NCBI GenBank assembly: GCA_964436785.1 | Contig: CAYTEE010000002.1 | Location: 1-35,476, forward strand | Length of the DNA stretch: 35,476 bases | Source: an uncultured Candidatus Saccharibacteria bacterium | GTDB taxonomy: Bacteria > Patescibacteriota > Minisyncoccia > UBA6257 > 2-01-FULL-56-20 | Direction: 5' to 3' | Shown: in pieces, positions 6,976 through 15,422 of the stretch | Layout of the letters: each line of letters starts with the position of its first letter | How positions within the stretch are numbered: the first letter of the stretch is position 1 | The notes under the pieces: generated by a model | What the model saw: only the letters and a program-made list of their open reading frames with translations | Databases searched by the model: none | What the model was told of the DNA's origin: nothing | Translations under genes and position numbers: made by a program

Positions 6976-8286
6976 GAAAAAATAGTCAGTCTTTGCAAAA
7001 GGCGGGGCTTTGTATTCCCAGGCTCCGAGATCTACGGCGGGCTTGCGAACAGTTGGGATTATGGGCCGTTGGGTGTTGCGCTTAAAAACAACATAAAGCA
7101 ATTATGGTGGAAAAAGTTCGTCGAGGAACGGGATGATATGGTGGGGCTCGATTCTGCCGTCATTATGAGCCCGAAGGTGTGGGAGGCGTCCGGGCACGTG
7201 AAGGAGTTTTCGGATCCGCTTGTGGAGTGCAGAAAATGCCATATTCGGATGCGGGCGGATGAATTGAACAAAAATGCATGCTCCAATTGCGGCGCCGGAG
7301 AATTCACCGAACCGAGAATGTTCAATATTCTTTTCAAGACCTTTATCGGTCCGGTTGAAGATTCAAAATCAACGACTTACCTGCGAGGGGAGACCGCGCA
7401 GGGGATATTCGTGAATTTCAAAAATATTCTGGATACCACGCGGAAAACATTGCCCTTTGGTGTGGCGCAGATCGGTAAGGCGTTTCGGAACGAGATAACG
7501 CCGGGGAACTTTATATTCCGCACGCGCGAGTTCGAGCAGATGGAGATAGAGTATTTTATTCCCGAGCCGGACCCGGAGAACGAAGAATCGTGGATGAAAT
7601 ATTTCGAGATGTGGCAGTTGGAAATGATGAACTGGATAAAGGAAGTCGGCATTCGTCCGGAGAATGTCGTACAGGTGGAAATTCCCGACGGCGAACGAGC
7701 CTTCTATTCAAAGCGGACGATAGATTTTGAATATCAATATCCATTCGGGCAAAAGGAGCTTTTCGGGCTCGCGTATCGCACCGATTTTGACCTCAAAAAT
7801 CACGAGAAGGCGAGCGGCGTGAATTTGAAGTATAAAAGCGCGGACAAAGAAGAGGCGGCATATTGGCCGCCGGTTATCGAGCCGTCGCTCGGTGTGGACC
7901 GTATGATGCTCGCGGTGCTCCTGGACGCATACGACGAGAGCGACCCGGAACGCATCGTGCTGAAGTTGAAGCCTAAACTTGCGCCGTACAAAGCCGCGGT
8001 CTTTCCGCTTCTCGCAAATAAGCCGGAACTCGTTGCGAAGGCGCGCGAAGTTTATGATGCGCTCCGGAAGGAATTTGCGGTAGCATGGGACGACAGGGGC
8101 AATATCGGAAAGCGGTATTACTCGCAGGATGAGATAGGCACGCCGTATTGCATTACCGTTGACTTTGAAAGTTTGGAGAATCCGCCGGCTGGCGGAGACG
8201 TGACTATCCGCGACAGGGATACGGCAAAGCAGGAACGGGTCAAGATCTCGGAACTCGCGAATGTTATAAAAGAGAGATTAAAATGA
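6973..8286 (+). CDS. glyQS: Glycine--tRNA ligase (single-chain dimeric class II type)
   Basis: IVSLCKRRGFVFPGSEIYGGLANSWDYGPLGVALKNNIK is the canonical GlyRS N-terminus. Class II motifs and the C-terminal anticodon-binding segment VTIRDRDT..QERV are present. The start is 6973 (MEKIV) or 6934 (13 extra residues); see findings. Confidence 0.92.
   Translation: MEKIVSLCKRRGFVFPGSEIYGGLANSWDYGPLGVALKNNIKQLWWKKFVEERDDMVGLDSAVIMSPKVWEASGHVKEFSDPLVECRKCHIRMRADELNKNACSNCGAGEFTEPRMFNILFKTFIGPVEDSKSTTYLRGETAQGIFVNFKNILDTTRKTLPFGVAQIGKAFRNEITPGNFIFRTREFEQMEIEYFIPEPDPENEESWMKYFEMWQLEMMNWIKEVGIRPENVVQVEIPDGERAFYSKRTIDFEYQYPFGQKELFGLAYRTDFDLKNHEKASGVNLKYKSADKEEAAYWPPVIEPSLGVDRMMLAVLLDAYDESDPERIVLKLKPKLAPYKAAVFPLLANKPELVAKAREVYDALRKEFAVAWDDRGNIGKRYYSQDEIGTPYCITVDFESLENPPAGGDVTIRDRDTAKQERVKISELANVIKERLK
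8179..8197 (+). repeat. 19-nt GC hairpin AATCCGCCGGCTGGCGGAG, in frame inside glyQS (encodes NPPAGG)
   Basis: 18/19 identical to 15429..15447 in rseP. The stem is TCCGCC/GGCGGA. Confidence 0.7.
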
Positions 8287-8288
8287 TT

Positions 8289-8330
8289 GATTTACGAAGT
8301 ACGATTTATGATTTATGAATAGCGAAGCCA
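8289..8330 (+). repeat. Six degenerate heptamers (GATTTAC GAAGTAC GATTTAT GATTTAT GAATAGC GAAGCCA) after the glyQS stop
   Basis: Read directly from the sequence. TGA/TAG triplets fall in all three frames within 40 nt of the stop codon. Confidence 0.65.
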
Positions 8331-8405
8331 AAACCATGCCTAACGGCAGGCGAGCCTGCCAGAACCCCGACACTTGCGGTTGGGGCTATATAATAAACAA
8401 CGAAC

Positions 8406-8543
8406 ATGAACTCGGAAACCCATTCGAAAAACTCAGGGCAGGCCCGCCATTGTCAGAATTGTAAGAATAGTTTTGTTATTGACCCAGAACCACAGCCCCA
8501 GTTTTGGGAAACTAGGGCTGGACTTCGCTTTGTTGTAAGCTAA
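8406..8543 (+). pseudogene. 45-codon ORF resembling the N-terminal zinc-ribbon of the downstream Cys-rich protein (decayed paralog fragment or mini-gene)
   Basis: Translates to MNSETHSKNSGQARHCQNCKNSFVIDPEPQPQFWETRAGLRFVVS*. Its HCQNCKNSFVIDPE...FWE parallels ICQNCKASFTIDASDFQFYE of the 8548 gene. It ends 4 nt before that gene's ATG. Confidence 0.5.
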
Positions 8544-8547
8544 TCCC

Positions 8548-10338
8548 ATGCCATCTGCCGAGAATAGAATTTGTCAGAATTGCAAAGCATCCTTCACAAT
8601 AGACGCTTCGGATTTTCAATTCTACGAGAAAATGAAGGTTCCGCCGCCTACGTTTTGCTGGCTTTGCCGCGCGCAGAGGCGCATGGCATGGCGGAATGAG
8701 CGAAGTTTATTCAAGCGGAAGAGCGATTTTTCCGGAAAGGAAATCTTTTCCGCGTTTGCGCCGGACGCTCCGGTAAAGGTCTACGAGAATGAGGTTTGGA
8801 TCACCGACCAATGGGATCCAATGCAATATGGGCGCGATTATGATTTTTCCAGGAACTTTTTTGAGCAATTCCGGGATTTGCTCCATATCGTACCGTCAAA
8901 AAATCGAAATGTGGTAAATGGAGGCCCGGGCACAGATTATTGCAATAACTTCACAGATCCGAAAAATTGCTATCTCATATTTAACGGCAAAGATGCGGAA
9001 GACTGCATGTATGGAAATGGATATAATCTTGTAAAATCATCCATCGATGCATCGCACTTGTCAAAATGCGAGCGGTGCTATGAAGGATTTTGGCTAACAT
9101 CCTGCGCCAATACGTTCTTCTCTTCCCAATGTGAGAGTTCGTTCGATCTCATATTTTGCCGCGACTGTACCGGGTGCAATAATTGTTTTGGCTGCGTAGG
9201 CCTTAGAAAAAAGTCTTATTGTATTTTTAACGAGCAGTATACAAAAGAACAATATGAGCAGCGGATAAAGGAATTTAATCTTGGTTCTTATTCCGCGCTT
9301 GAGCAAATGCGAAAGCGCGTTGCTGAATTTTGGCTTAAATTTCCGCTCCGATTCATGATCGGCTCGCATAATGAGGGTGTTTCCGGAAACTACATTGAGC
9401 ATTCCAAAAATACCCACAAGTCATTCCTGGCCCGTGAGTGCGAGAATGTAAAATTCGCACAATATTTACAGGAACTACCCGGGAGCCGCGAAGTCTACGA
9501 TTATACGGCCTGGGGCGACGCGAATGAGCTTGCGTATGAGTGCACCGGATGCGGGATCGGAACGCACAATATTAAGTTCTGCTACAACGTTCAGCAGGAC
9601 ACGAAGAACGTCGAATATTCCTATATGTGCAACGGTTGTTCTGATGTTTTCGGTTGTATCGGCCTGAAGAAAAAACAGTATTGCGTGCTCAATAAGCAAT
9701 ACACAAAAGAAGAATATGAAGCACTTGTGACGAAAATACGTTCACATATGTACGATGCGCCATATACCGATGTGAAGGGAAGAATATACAAATATGGAGA
9801 ATATTTCCCGGTGGAGCTTTCCCCATTCGCATACAACGAGAGCATAGCGCAAGAATTCTTTCCTCTTGATAAAAATGAGGCAATTGCCGCCGGCTATACA
9901 TGGCGCGACCCAGTAGAGCGGACCTATATTCCGACCAGAAATGCCATCGATCTTCCGGATAGCATTGCAACGGTTTCCGATTCCATTACAAACGAAATTA
10001 TCGGGTGCGCCCACGAAGGGAAGTGCAACGACCAATGCACCATTGCTTTCCGTATCATTCCGGACGAGCTCGCTTTCTACCGCGCGAATAACATTCCTCT
10101 TCCGCGCATTTGCCCCAGCTGCCGGCATTATCGCCGGATATCCCAACGTTCGAAATTGCATGTTTATGATAGGCATTGCGACTGTGCCGGCGCTTCTTCA
10201 AAAAATAATGTATACAAGAACTCCGCGAGTCATACTCACGGTGCATCGCCGTGCCCCAATGAATTCGAAACCTCATACGGCCCGGACAGGTCGGAGATTA
10301 TCTACTGCGAGCAATGTTATCAGGCAGAAGTTGCATAA
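8548..10338 (+). CDS. Cysteine-rich protein of unknown function with duplicated terminal zinc-ribbon modules and two internal GC(V/I)GL(R/K)KK.YC modules
   Basis: 596-aa ORF. The N-terminal CQNC...FYEKMKVPPPTFCWLCRAQRRMAWRNER and C-terminal C..QC...FYRANNIPLPRICPSCRHYRRISQR are the same module. The internal repeats are CFGCVGLRKKSYCIFNEQYTKEQYE and VFGCIGLKKKQYCVLNKQYTKEEYE. Confidence 0.8.
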   Translation: MPSAENRICQNCKASFTIDASDFQFYEKMKVPPPTFCWLCRAQRRMAWRNERSLFKRKSDFSGKEIFSAFAPDAPVKVYENEVWITDQWDPMQYGRDYDFSRNFFEQFRDLLHIVPSKNRNVVNGGPGTDYCNNFTDPKNCYLIFNGKDAEDCMYGNGYNLVKSSIDASHLSKCERCYEGFWLTSCANTFFSSQCESSFDLIFCRDCTGCNNCFGCVGLRKKSYCIFNEQYTKEQYEQRIKEFNLGSYSALEQMRKRVAEFWLKFPLRFMIGSHNEGVSGNYIEHSKNTHKSFLARECENVKFAQYLQELPGSREVYDYTAWGDANELAYECTGCGIGTHNIKFCYNVQQDTKNVEYSYMCNGCSDVFGCIGLKKKQYCVLNKQYTKEEYEALVTKIRSHMYDAPYTDVKGRIYKYGEYFPVELSPFAYNESIAQEFFPLDKNEAIAAGYTWRDPVERTYIPTRNAIDLPDSIATVSDSITNEIIGCAHEGKCNDQCTIAFRIIPDELAFYRANNIPLPRICPSCRHYRRISQRSKLHVYDRHCDCAGASSKNNVYKNSASHTHGASPCPNEFETSYGPDRSEIIYCEQCYQAEVA

Positions 10339-10365
10339 CAAGGAAAAAAATAATAAGATCAAGTC

Positions 10366-10590
10366 ATGAGTACGCAAATCATGGTCAAAAAACTCAATAG
10401 AGAGGTTGCGGATCTGCGGGAAGATATCGCTCAGATAAGGGAAACTCTTTCGCGTTTTTTAAGAGATCCGGAAGGGGAATATCGTCCTGAATTCGTGCGC
10501 AAAATGCTTCAGCGCGCGAAAGGAAAACCGACTTATCGTTTCACTAACCGCATGGCATTTCTCGCGCATCTTCATGGCAGAAAAAGGTAG
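10366..10590 (+). CDS. Putative antitoxin (partner of the RelE/ParE toxin)
   Basis: 74-aa helical, charged ORF that overlaps the toxin gene by 17 nt. Assigned by position only. Confidence 0.5.
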   Translation: MSTQIMVKKLNREVADLREDIAQIRETLSRFLRDPEGEYRPEFVRKMLQRAKGKPTYRFTNRMAFLAHLHGRKR

Positions 10591-10864
10591 GATTTTTTAT
10601 GGAAAAAACTTTTTGCGTGATGCCCAACGGCTTCCGAAAGAAGCCCAACAAAAACTTGCCTCACTTCTAGAAATACTCGCTGATGATCCATTCGACCCGC
10701 GTCTTCACGGTAAAGCGCTTGGGCCTCCGCTCCGCGGTAAGTTTTCTTTCCGCATCACGCGCGATTGGCGAGTGGGGTTTGAATTTCTGGACGCGCATAC
10801 GATACATCTCCTAGCCGCAGAACGCCGTGATCGTATTTATAAACGACTTGAGCGATTACGATGA
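10574..10864 (+). CDS. RelE/ParE-family type II toxin
   Basis: 96 aa with the pattern L..L..DPFDPRLHGKALGPPLRGKFSFRITRDWRVGFEFLDAHTIHLLAAERRDRIY, typical of RelE/ParE plasmid-stabilisation toxins. Confidence 0.7.
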   Translation: MAEKGRIFYGKNFLRDAQRLPKEAQQKLASLLEILADDPFDPRLHGKALGPPLRGKFSFRITRDWRVGFEFLDAHTIHLLAAERRDRIYKRLERLR

Positions 10865-12171
10865 ATAAAGCGGTTAATTTTCAAATAGAGGGCGGGCGGA
10901 AACTTTCCGGGACTATCCGGACCAACACTTCCAAAAACTCGGCGGTGTTCCTTTTGTGCGCATCGCTTTTGAATAAAGGCAAAACGACGTTTCGGAATAT
11001 GCCTCGCATTGAGGAGGTGTCCCGTATCGTTGAAGTTTTAGAAAGTATTGGAGTAAAAGCGAAGTGGAAAAACGGGAACGACCTTCTAATCATCCCGCCA
11101 AAGAAGCTTGCGCTCCATAAGCTCAACAAGGAATCCGCGGTGAAGACGCGGAGTATTTTGATGTTCATGGGGCCGCTCGTGCACCTTTTTCCCCGTTTTG
11201 AATTGCCGCATCCGGGCGGGTGCAAACTCGGCCGCCGCACCGTGCGGCCGCATCTCTTCGCGCTGGAAAAGCTTGGCGTCTCCATCAAAACGGTTCACGG
11301 CATATATAAAATTGTCGCAAAAAATTTGAAGCCAGCCGAGATAGTGCTTTATGAATCGGGCGACACCGTGACGGGGAATGCCCTAATGGCCGCCGCAAAG
11401 ATCAAGGGCGTCACGGTTATCAAATTCGCTTCAGCCAATTATCAGGTGCAGGACCTATGCCGCTATCTTGAAACGCTTGGCGTGCAAATTGAAGGCATCG
11501 GCACGACAACGCTTACGGTGCATGGCATTCCAGATATCGCTTCGCCCGTGGAATATTTCCCGAGCGAGGATCCGATAGAGGCGATGCTTTTTCTTTCTCT
11601 CGCGGCAACGACGAATTCGCCGCTCACTATTTTGCGCGCCCCCATAGATTTTCTCGAGTTGGAGCTCCTGAAGCTCGAGAAAATGGGATTCAAGTACAAG
11701 ATACTCAAGCGCTACAAGGGAAAGAACGGTTTTGTGAACCTTGTGGACATCAAAACATTTCCTTCAAAACTCATCGCGCTCGAAGAGAAGATACACCCCC
11801 AGCCGTATCCGGGGCTCAACATCGACAACCTCCCGTTCTTCGTGCCTATCGCGACGCGGGCGAAAGGGACTACGTTCATTCACGATTGGGTATATGAAGA
11901 GCGCGCGATCTATTACACGGAACTCAAAAAACTCGGCGCGAATGTTATCCTTGCCGATTCGCACCGCGTATACATCGAGGGGCCAACGGAGCTTCGCGCC
12001 GCGGAAGTTATCTGTCCGCCCGCGCTCCGCCCGGCGGTAATTATTCTGATAGCGATGCTTAGGGCAAATGGAACATCGATCTTGCGGAATGTCTATTCCA
12101 TCAACAGGGGATACGAGGACCTGGCAAAACGGCTGAATAGGCTCGGAGCGAGGATTAGGGTGATTCGTTGA
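10861..12171 (+). CDS. murA: UDP-N-acetylglucosamine 1-carboxyvinyltransferase
   Basis: 436 aa with MurA/EPSP-synthase fold signatures. The active-site loop is HPGGCKLGRRTVRPH, with the catalytic Cys. The ATGA overlaps the toxin stop. Confidence 0.9.
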   Translation: MNKAVNFQIEGGRKLSGTIRTNTSKNSAVFLLCASLLNKGKTTFRNMPRIEEVSRIVEVLESIGVKAKWKNGNDLLIIPPKKLALHKLNKESAVKTRSILMFMGPLVHLFPRFELPHPGGCKLGRRTVRPHLFALEKLGVSIKTVHGIYKIVAKNLKPAEIVLYESGDTVTGNALMAAAKIKGVTVIKFASANYQVQDLCRYLETLGVQIEGIGTTTLTVHGIPDIASPVEYFPSEDPIEAMLFLSLAATTNSPLTILRAPIDFLELELLKLEKMGFKYKILKRYKGKNGFVNLVDIKTFPSKLIALEEKIHPQPYPGLNIDNLPFFVPIATRAKGTTFIHDWVYEERAIYYTELKKLGANVILADSHRVYIEGPTELRAAEVICPPALRPAVIILIAMLRANGTSILRNVYSINRGYEDLAKRLNRLGARIRVIR

Positions 12172-12182
12172 CGCGCGGGCGA

Positions 12183-12252
12183 AGTATCAAGTATCATAGA
12201 TACGCGTCATGTGTCCATGTGCGTGTCATGTATCAAGTATCAGGTGTCATGT
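12183..12252 (+). repeat. Degenerate heptamer tract (AGTATCA x2 ... GTCATGT ... ATCAAGT ATCAGGT GTCATGT)
   Basis: Read directly from the sequence. The 13-mer GTATCAAGTATCA occurs twice (12184-12196 and 12230-12242). Confidence 0.55.
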
Positions 12253-12318
12253 TTTAAGAGCCGTGGCTCATGATGCCTGCCGCCTGGCACTTGATGCCTG
12301 ACACCTGACACATTTACA

Positions 12319-13329
12319 ATGTTCACTCGCAAAATAGGCATTGATCTGGGAACGGCGAATACCGTTGTATTCGTTCCCTCAAAAGGATTTATCATCAACG
12401 AACCGACGATCGTTGCTTTAAGCAAGCCGGAAAATTCCGTTCTCGCCGTAGGCTGGGAAGCGAAAGAAATGATAGGGCGGACGCCCGAAGGCATCGTTGC
12501 GTACCGGCCATTGAAAGACGGCGTTATCGCGGACTACTACATCACGAAGGCGATGCTCACGTACTTTATCGGAAAAGCCGTGGGACGTTTTAATATTTTG
12601 AAACCGGACGTGGTTATATCCGTTCCGGCGGGGATAACGCAAACGGAGCGGCGCGCCGTGATAAATGCCGCGCGGGAAGCGGGGGCAAAGGAAGTGTATG
12701 TGGTACGGGAGCCCATTCTCGCGTCGCTCGGCGCCGGCATTCCCATCAACGCGCGCTCGGGGAATATGATCATCAACATGGGCGGCGGAACGTCGGAAGT
12801 TGCGGTGATCGCCCTGGGCAACGTTGTTGCATGGACAAGCTTGCGCGTTGCCGGGAACAAGTTCGACCAAGCAATAAGCAATTACGTAAAAAAGAGGTAT
12901 TCTTTGGCGATCGGCGAGCAAACCTCGGAAACGGTAAAGATAGAGATAGGTTCGGCGCTTCCGCTTAAGGAGAAAATGGAGGCACAGTTGAGAGGGCGAG
13001 ACTTGATATCCGGCCTTCCCAAGGATATCCGCATCACTTCGAATGAGATCGCGGAAGCATTGAACCCGTACCTTGTGGAAATTGCGGCTTCCGCGCAAAG
13101 CGTTTTTAACGCAACGCCGCCGGAACTGGTTGCGGACATTATGGAGAAGGGGATCATCCTCTCCGGTGGAAGCGCTCAATTGCATTACATGGAGGACTTT
13201 TTTGAGAAAAATCTCGGCGTCCAGAGCTATATCGCGCGGGACCCGATTTTCTGTGTAGCCAAAGGAACGGGGCTTATTCTGAACCATCTTGAAACTTACA
13301 GACGCACCCTCTTGAATAAGCGGCAATGA
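12319..13329 (+). CDS. mreB: Rod shape-determining actin homolog MreB
   Basis: IGIDLGTANTVVF, the phosphate-binding motifs, and GGGTSEVAVI are present. Confidence 0.93.
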   Translation: MFTRKIGIDLGTANTVVFVPSKGFIINEPTIVALSKPENSVLAVGWEAKEMIGRTPEGIVAYRPLKDGVIADYYITKAMLTYFIGKAVGRFNILKPDVVISVPAGITQTERRAVINAAREAGAKEVYVVREPILASLGAGIPINARSGNMIINMGGGTSEVAVIALGNVVAWTSLRVAGNKFDQAISNYVKKRYSLAIGEQTSETVKIEIGSALPLKEKMEAQLRGRDLISGLPKDIRITSNEIAEALNPYLVEIAASAQSVFNATPPELVADIMEKGIILSGGSAQLHYMEDFFEKNLGVQSYIARDPIFCVAKGTGLILNHLETYRRTLLNKRQ

Positions 13330-14153
13330 TAGTCGGGCACACAAAACACGTTAGCGATCTCATAAAACTCGTTGCACGCGGACGGTTGAGCCATGGCTAT
13401 ATTTTCTGGGGGCCGGAGCGGGTAGGGAAACGAACCGTTGCGCACGCGTTCGGAAATTTTCTCGAGAACGGAACGTTCGAAAAGATCCGCGAGGGCGGAA
13501 TTTTGAAGGATGCCGTTTTGGTCTCGCCGGACGCGGAACGAAAGATAGGAATTGATGCCATCCGCGAATTGCAATATTTCCTCTGGCAGAAACCGGTAGA
13601 GAGCCCGCGGCGCCTCGCGATCATCGACCATGGAGAACGGCTGACGCCCCAGGCACAGGACGCGCTCCTTAAAATTGCCGAGAATCCTCCGGCGTCTTCT
13701 CTACTTATTCTCGTCGTTACGAACCCGGAGAGGATAACGCAAACCCTCGCATCCAGATTCCAGGCGCTGTATTTTGCGCGCGTTCCCGAGCCAGAGACCT
13801 CGGCATGGCTCGAGTCGCAGGGAGTGCCGCCAAAAAAAGCGAAAGAGGCCTCTTCCGAATCGCTCGGCGCACCGGGGCGCGCATATGCGTATGTGAATGA
13901 CCCGTCTTTTATAAAACAAGAGAAGGAGATACAAAAACTTTTCGCGAGTTCCCGGGCCTCGCGAAGCGCGGCCATCAAAGAATTTATCTCTCGCGACGAT
14001 TTTGACCTCGAAGAACTTTTGGACGGCGCGATTCTGCACCTTGCCAAAAAGCGCGACTTTGCCCGATGGCACGACTTTCTTGAATTGCGCAAGAATACGG
14101 CTATTCTTAATTTGAGCCCGCGGATACAGCTTGAAGCGTTGTTACAAGATTAA
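13326..14153 (+). CDS. holB: DNA polymerase III delta-prime subunit (clamp-loader AAA+)
   Basis: LSHGYIFWGPERVGKRTVAHAFGNFL P-loop region and the LLKIAENPP motif. 4-nt overlap with mreB. Confidence 0.75.
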   Translation: MIVGHTKHVSDLIKLVARGRLSHGYIFWGPERVGKRTVAHAFGNFLENGTFEKIREGGILKDAVLVSPDAERKIGIDAIRELQYFLWQKPVESPRRLAIIDHGERLTPQAQDALLKIAENPPASSLLILVVTNPERITQTLASRFQALYFARVPEPETSAWLESQGVPPKKAKEASSESLGAPGRAYAYVNDPSFIKQEKEIQKLFASSRASRSAAIKEFISRDDFDLEELLDGAILHLAKKRDFARWHDFLELRKNTAILNLSPRIQLEALLQD

Positions 14154-14245
14154 AGATCCCGCCTTCGCCCACCGGCTTCGGACGGGCAGGCAAATATCAA
14201 AATGAAAAATGACAGATTTAAAATTTTAGAATTTTCGATTGTAAC

Positions 14246-14273
14246 TTTGATTTTTGATTTTTAAATTTTGATT
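14246..14273 (+). repeat. TTTGATT-type heptamer tract (TTTGATT TTTGATT TTTAAAT TTTGATT)
   Basis: Read directly from the sequence. The same unit recurs at 30521..30541. Confidence 0.7.
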
Positions 14274-14281
14274 TAAACACA

Positions 14282-14833
14282 ATGGAACAATACATAAAAG
14301 AGCTGGAAACTCATCTTGGCGCAACTCTTCATAAATTCAAGGAGGACTTAAGCGGCGTGCGGAGCGGCCGCCCCACGACACAGCTTCTCGAAAATATCCA
14401 AGTTGAATACGCCGGCTCGTTTCTCCCGATAAAGCAAATAGGGTCCCTGGGAGTGCGCCCTCCCCGCGAGCTCGATATTACGGTCTGGGATCCGGGCGCC
14501 GTTTCCGCCGTGATGAAGGCGATAGAAGGCGCAAAGATAGGGCTGAGCCTTCAAAACGAAGGGAACACCATTCGCGCGTTCTTGCCTCCCTTAAGCCAAG
14601 AGCGGCGCGAAGAGTTGATGAAACTCATTAAAAAAATGGCGGAGGGCGCGCGGATCTCGATACGCGCAAGCCGAGATGACGCAAATAAAAAAATAAAAGC
14701 CGCCGAAGCGGTAAAGGAATTGAACGAGGACCAGGTGTTCCAGGCGAAAGAGAAGATACAGAAAGTCGTTGATGAAATAAATAAGCAGATAGAAACGCTG
14801 GTAGAGGGGAAGGGGAAGGAGCTTCAAGAATAG
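14282..14833 (+). CDS. frr: Ribosome recycling factor
   Basis: 183 aa with the typical RRF pattern: SGVRSGRPTTQLLENIQVEY...LSQERREELMKLIKKMAEGARISIRASRDDANKKIK. Confidence 0.93.
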   Translation: MEQYIKELETHLGATLHKFKEDLSGVRSGRPTTQLLENIQVEYAGSFLPIKQIGSLGVRPPRELDITVWDPGAVSAVMKAIEGAKIGLSLQNEGNTIRAFLPPLSQERREELMKLIKKMAEGARISIRASRDDANKKIKAAEAVKELNEDQVFQAKEKIQKVVDEINKQIETLVEGKGKELQE

Positions 14834-14902
14834 GCGGTAGATAGTAGCGAGTAGAGAGTAGAAAAAAATAGTAAGTAGGCTGTAGCAAGTAGAAAGTAGA
14901 AA
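14831..14902 (+). repeat. GTAG-type degenerate heptanucleotide tract starting at the frr stop codon
   Basis: I count 11 TAG triplets in 72 nt, spaced mostly 7 nt apart (14852, 14859; 14869, 14876, 14883, 14890, 14897). Confidence 0.8.
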
Positions 14903-14934
14903 GAAAAAGCCGCTCGGGGGTTGCCCAAGCGGCT
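14903..14934 (-). terminator. Rho-independent terminator for the minus-strand small membrane protein gene
   Basis: Stem AGCCGC/GCGGCT (14908-14913 with 14929-14934). The A-run on the plus strand at 14903-14907 gives a U-tract on the minus strand. Confidence 0.55.
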
Positions 14935-14975
14935 GGTAGCGTAAGGCCCCGGAGTGTTCCGAGGCCTTCGTGGGT

Positions 14976-15227
14976 TCATCCGTGTAGGGCGATATCCTCA
15001 GTCCCGTGCGGCTCGTCGCGCTTGGCGACCTCGTCCTTGATCTCTGCAATCCGCAGGTTGAGGAAGCTGGCGGCGCAAGTGATTGCGAAGAAAATGCTCC
15101 CCAACACGAGCAACAGGATGCAGGTGGCCATATTCCCGTAGGTGGCCGCAGTTGCCACTACCGCAACACATGCGAAGATAGCCACAAAGAATCCGAAGAT
15201 CGGTGGAAGACTCAGGTCCGGTTTCAT
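14976..15227 (-). CDS. Small membrane protein (two TM helices), hypothetical
   Basis: 83-aa ORF with two clear hydrophobic helices and a charged tail, plus its own terminator. I recognise no homology. Confidence 0.55.
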   Translation of the reverse strand: MKPDLSLPPIFGFFVAIFACVAVVATAATYGNMATCILLLVLGSIFFAITCAASFLNLRIAEIKDEVAKRDEPHGTEDIALHG

Positions 15228-15422
15228 CCTTTTCTCCTTAAAAGTTAGGGGTTGAAAACCTTAACCCTATACTGCTTTTAAATATAGTACGTTTATTGAA
15301 TTTTGTCAAATTTTCAGAAAAAGGAATATCTCAAATGAGAATATGTTGTAGAACTTCGAAGTTTCTGATACTCTTATTCGTATCGTTCGTTGTTCATGCC
15401 GACTTCTAGGTTCTAGCATCTA

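Noticed and set aside
8331-8400. Possible tRNA or small structured RNA in the GC-rich hairpins after glyQS (also 28861..28925)
   Set aside because: These are two independent simple hairpins. There is no cloverleaf arrangement, no GTTCRANNC T-loop and no acceptor-stem pairing.
12418-13344. 308-aa minus-strand ORF covering most of mreB
   Set aside because: It is antisense to a gene with unmistakable MreB motifs. Its translation is Arg/Pro/His-rich low-complexity sequence typical of shadow ORFs in GC-rich coding DNA, and I recognise no motif.
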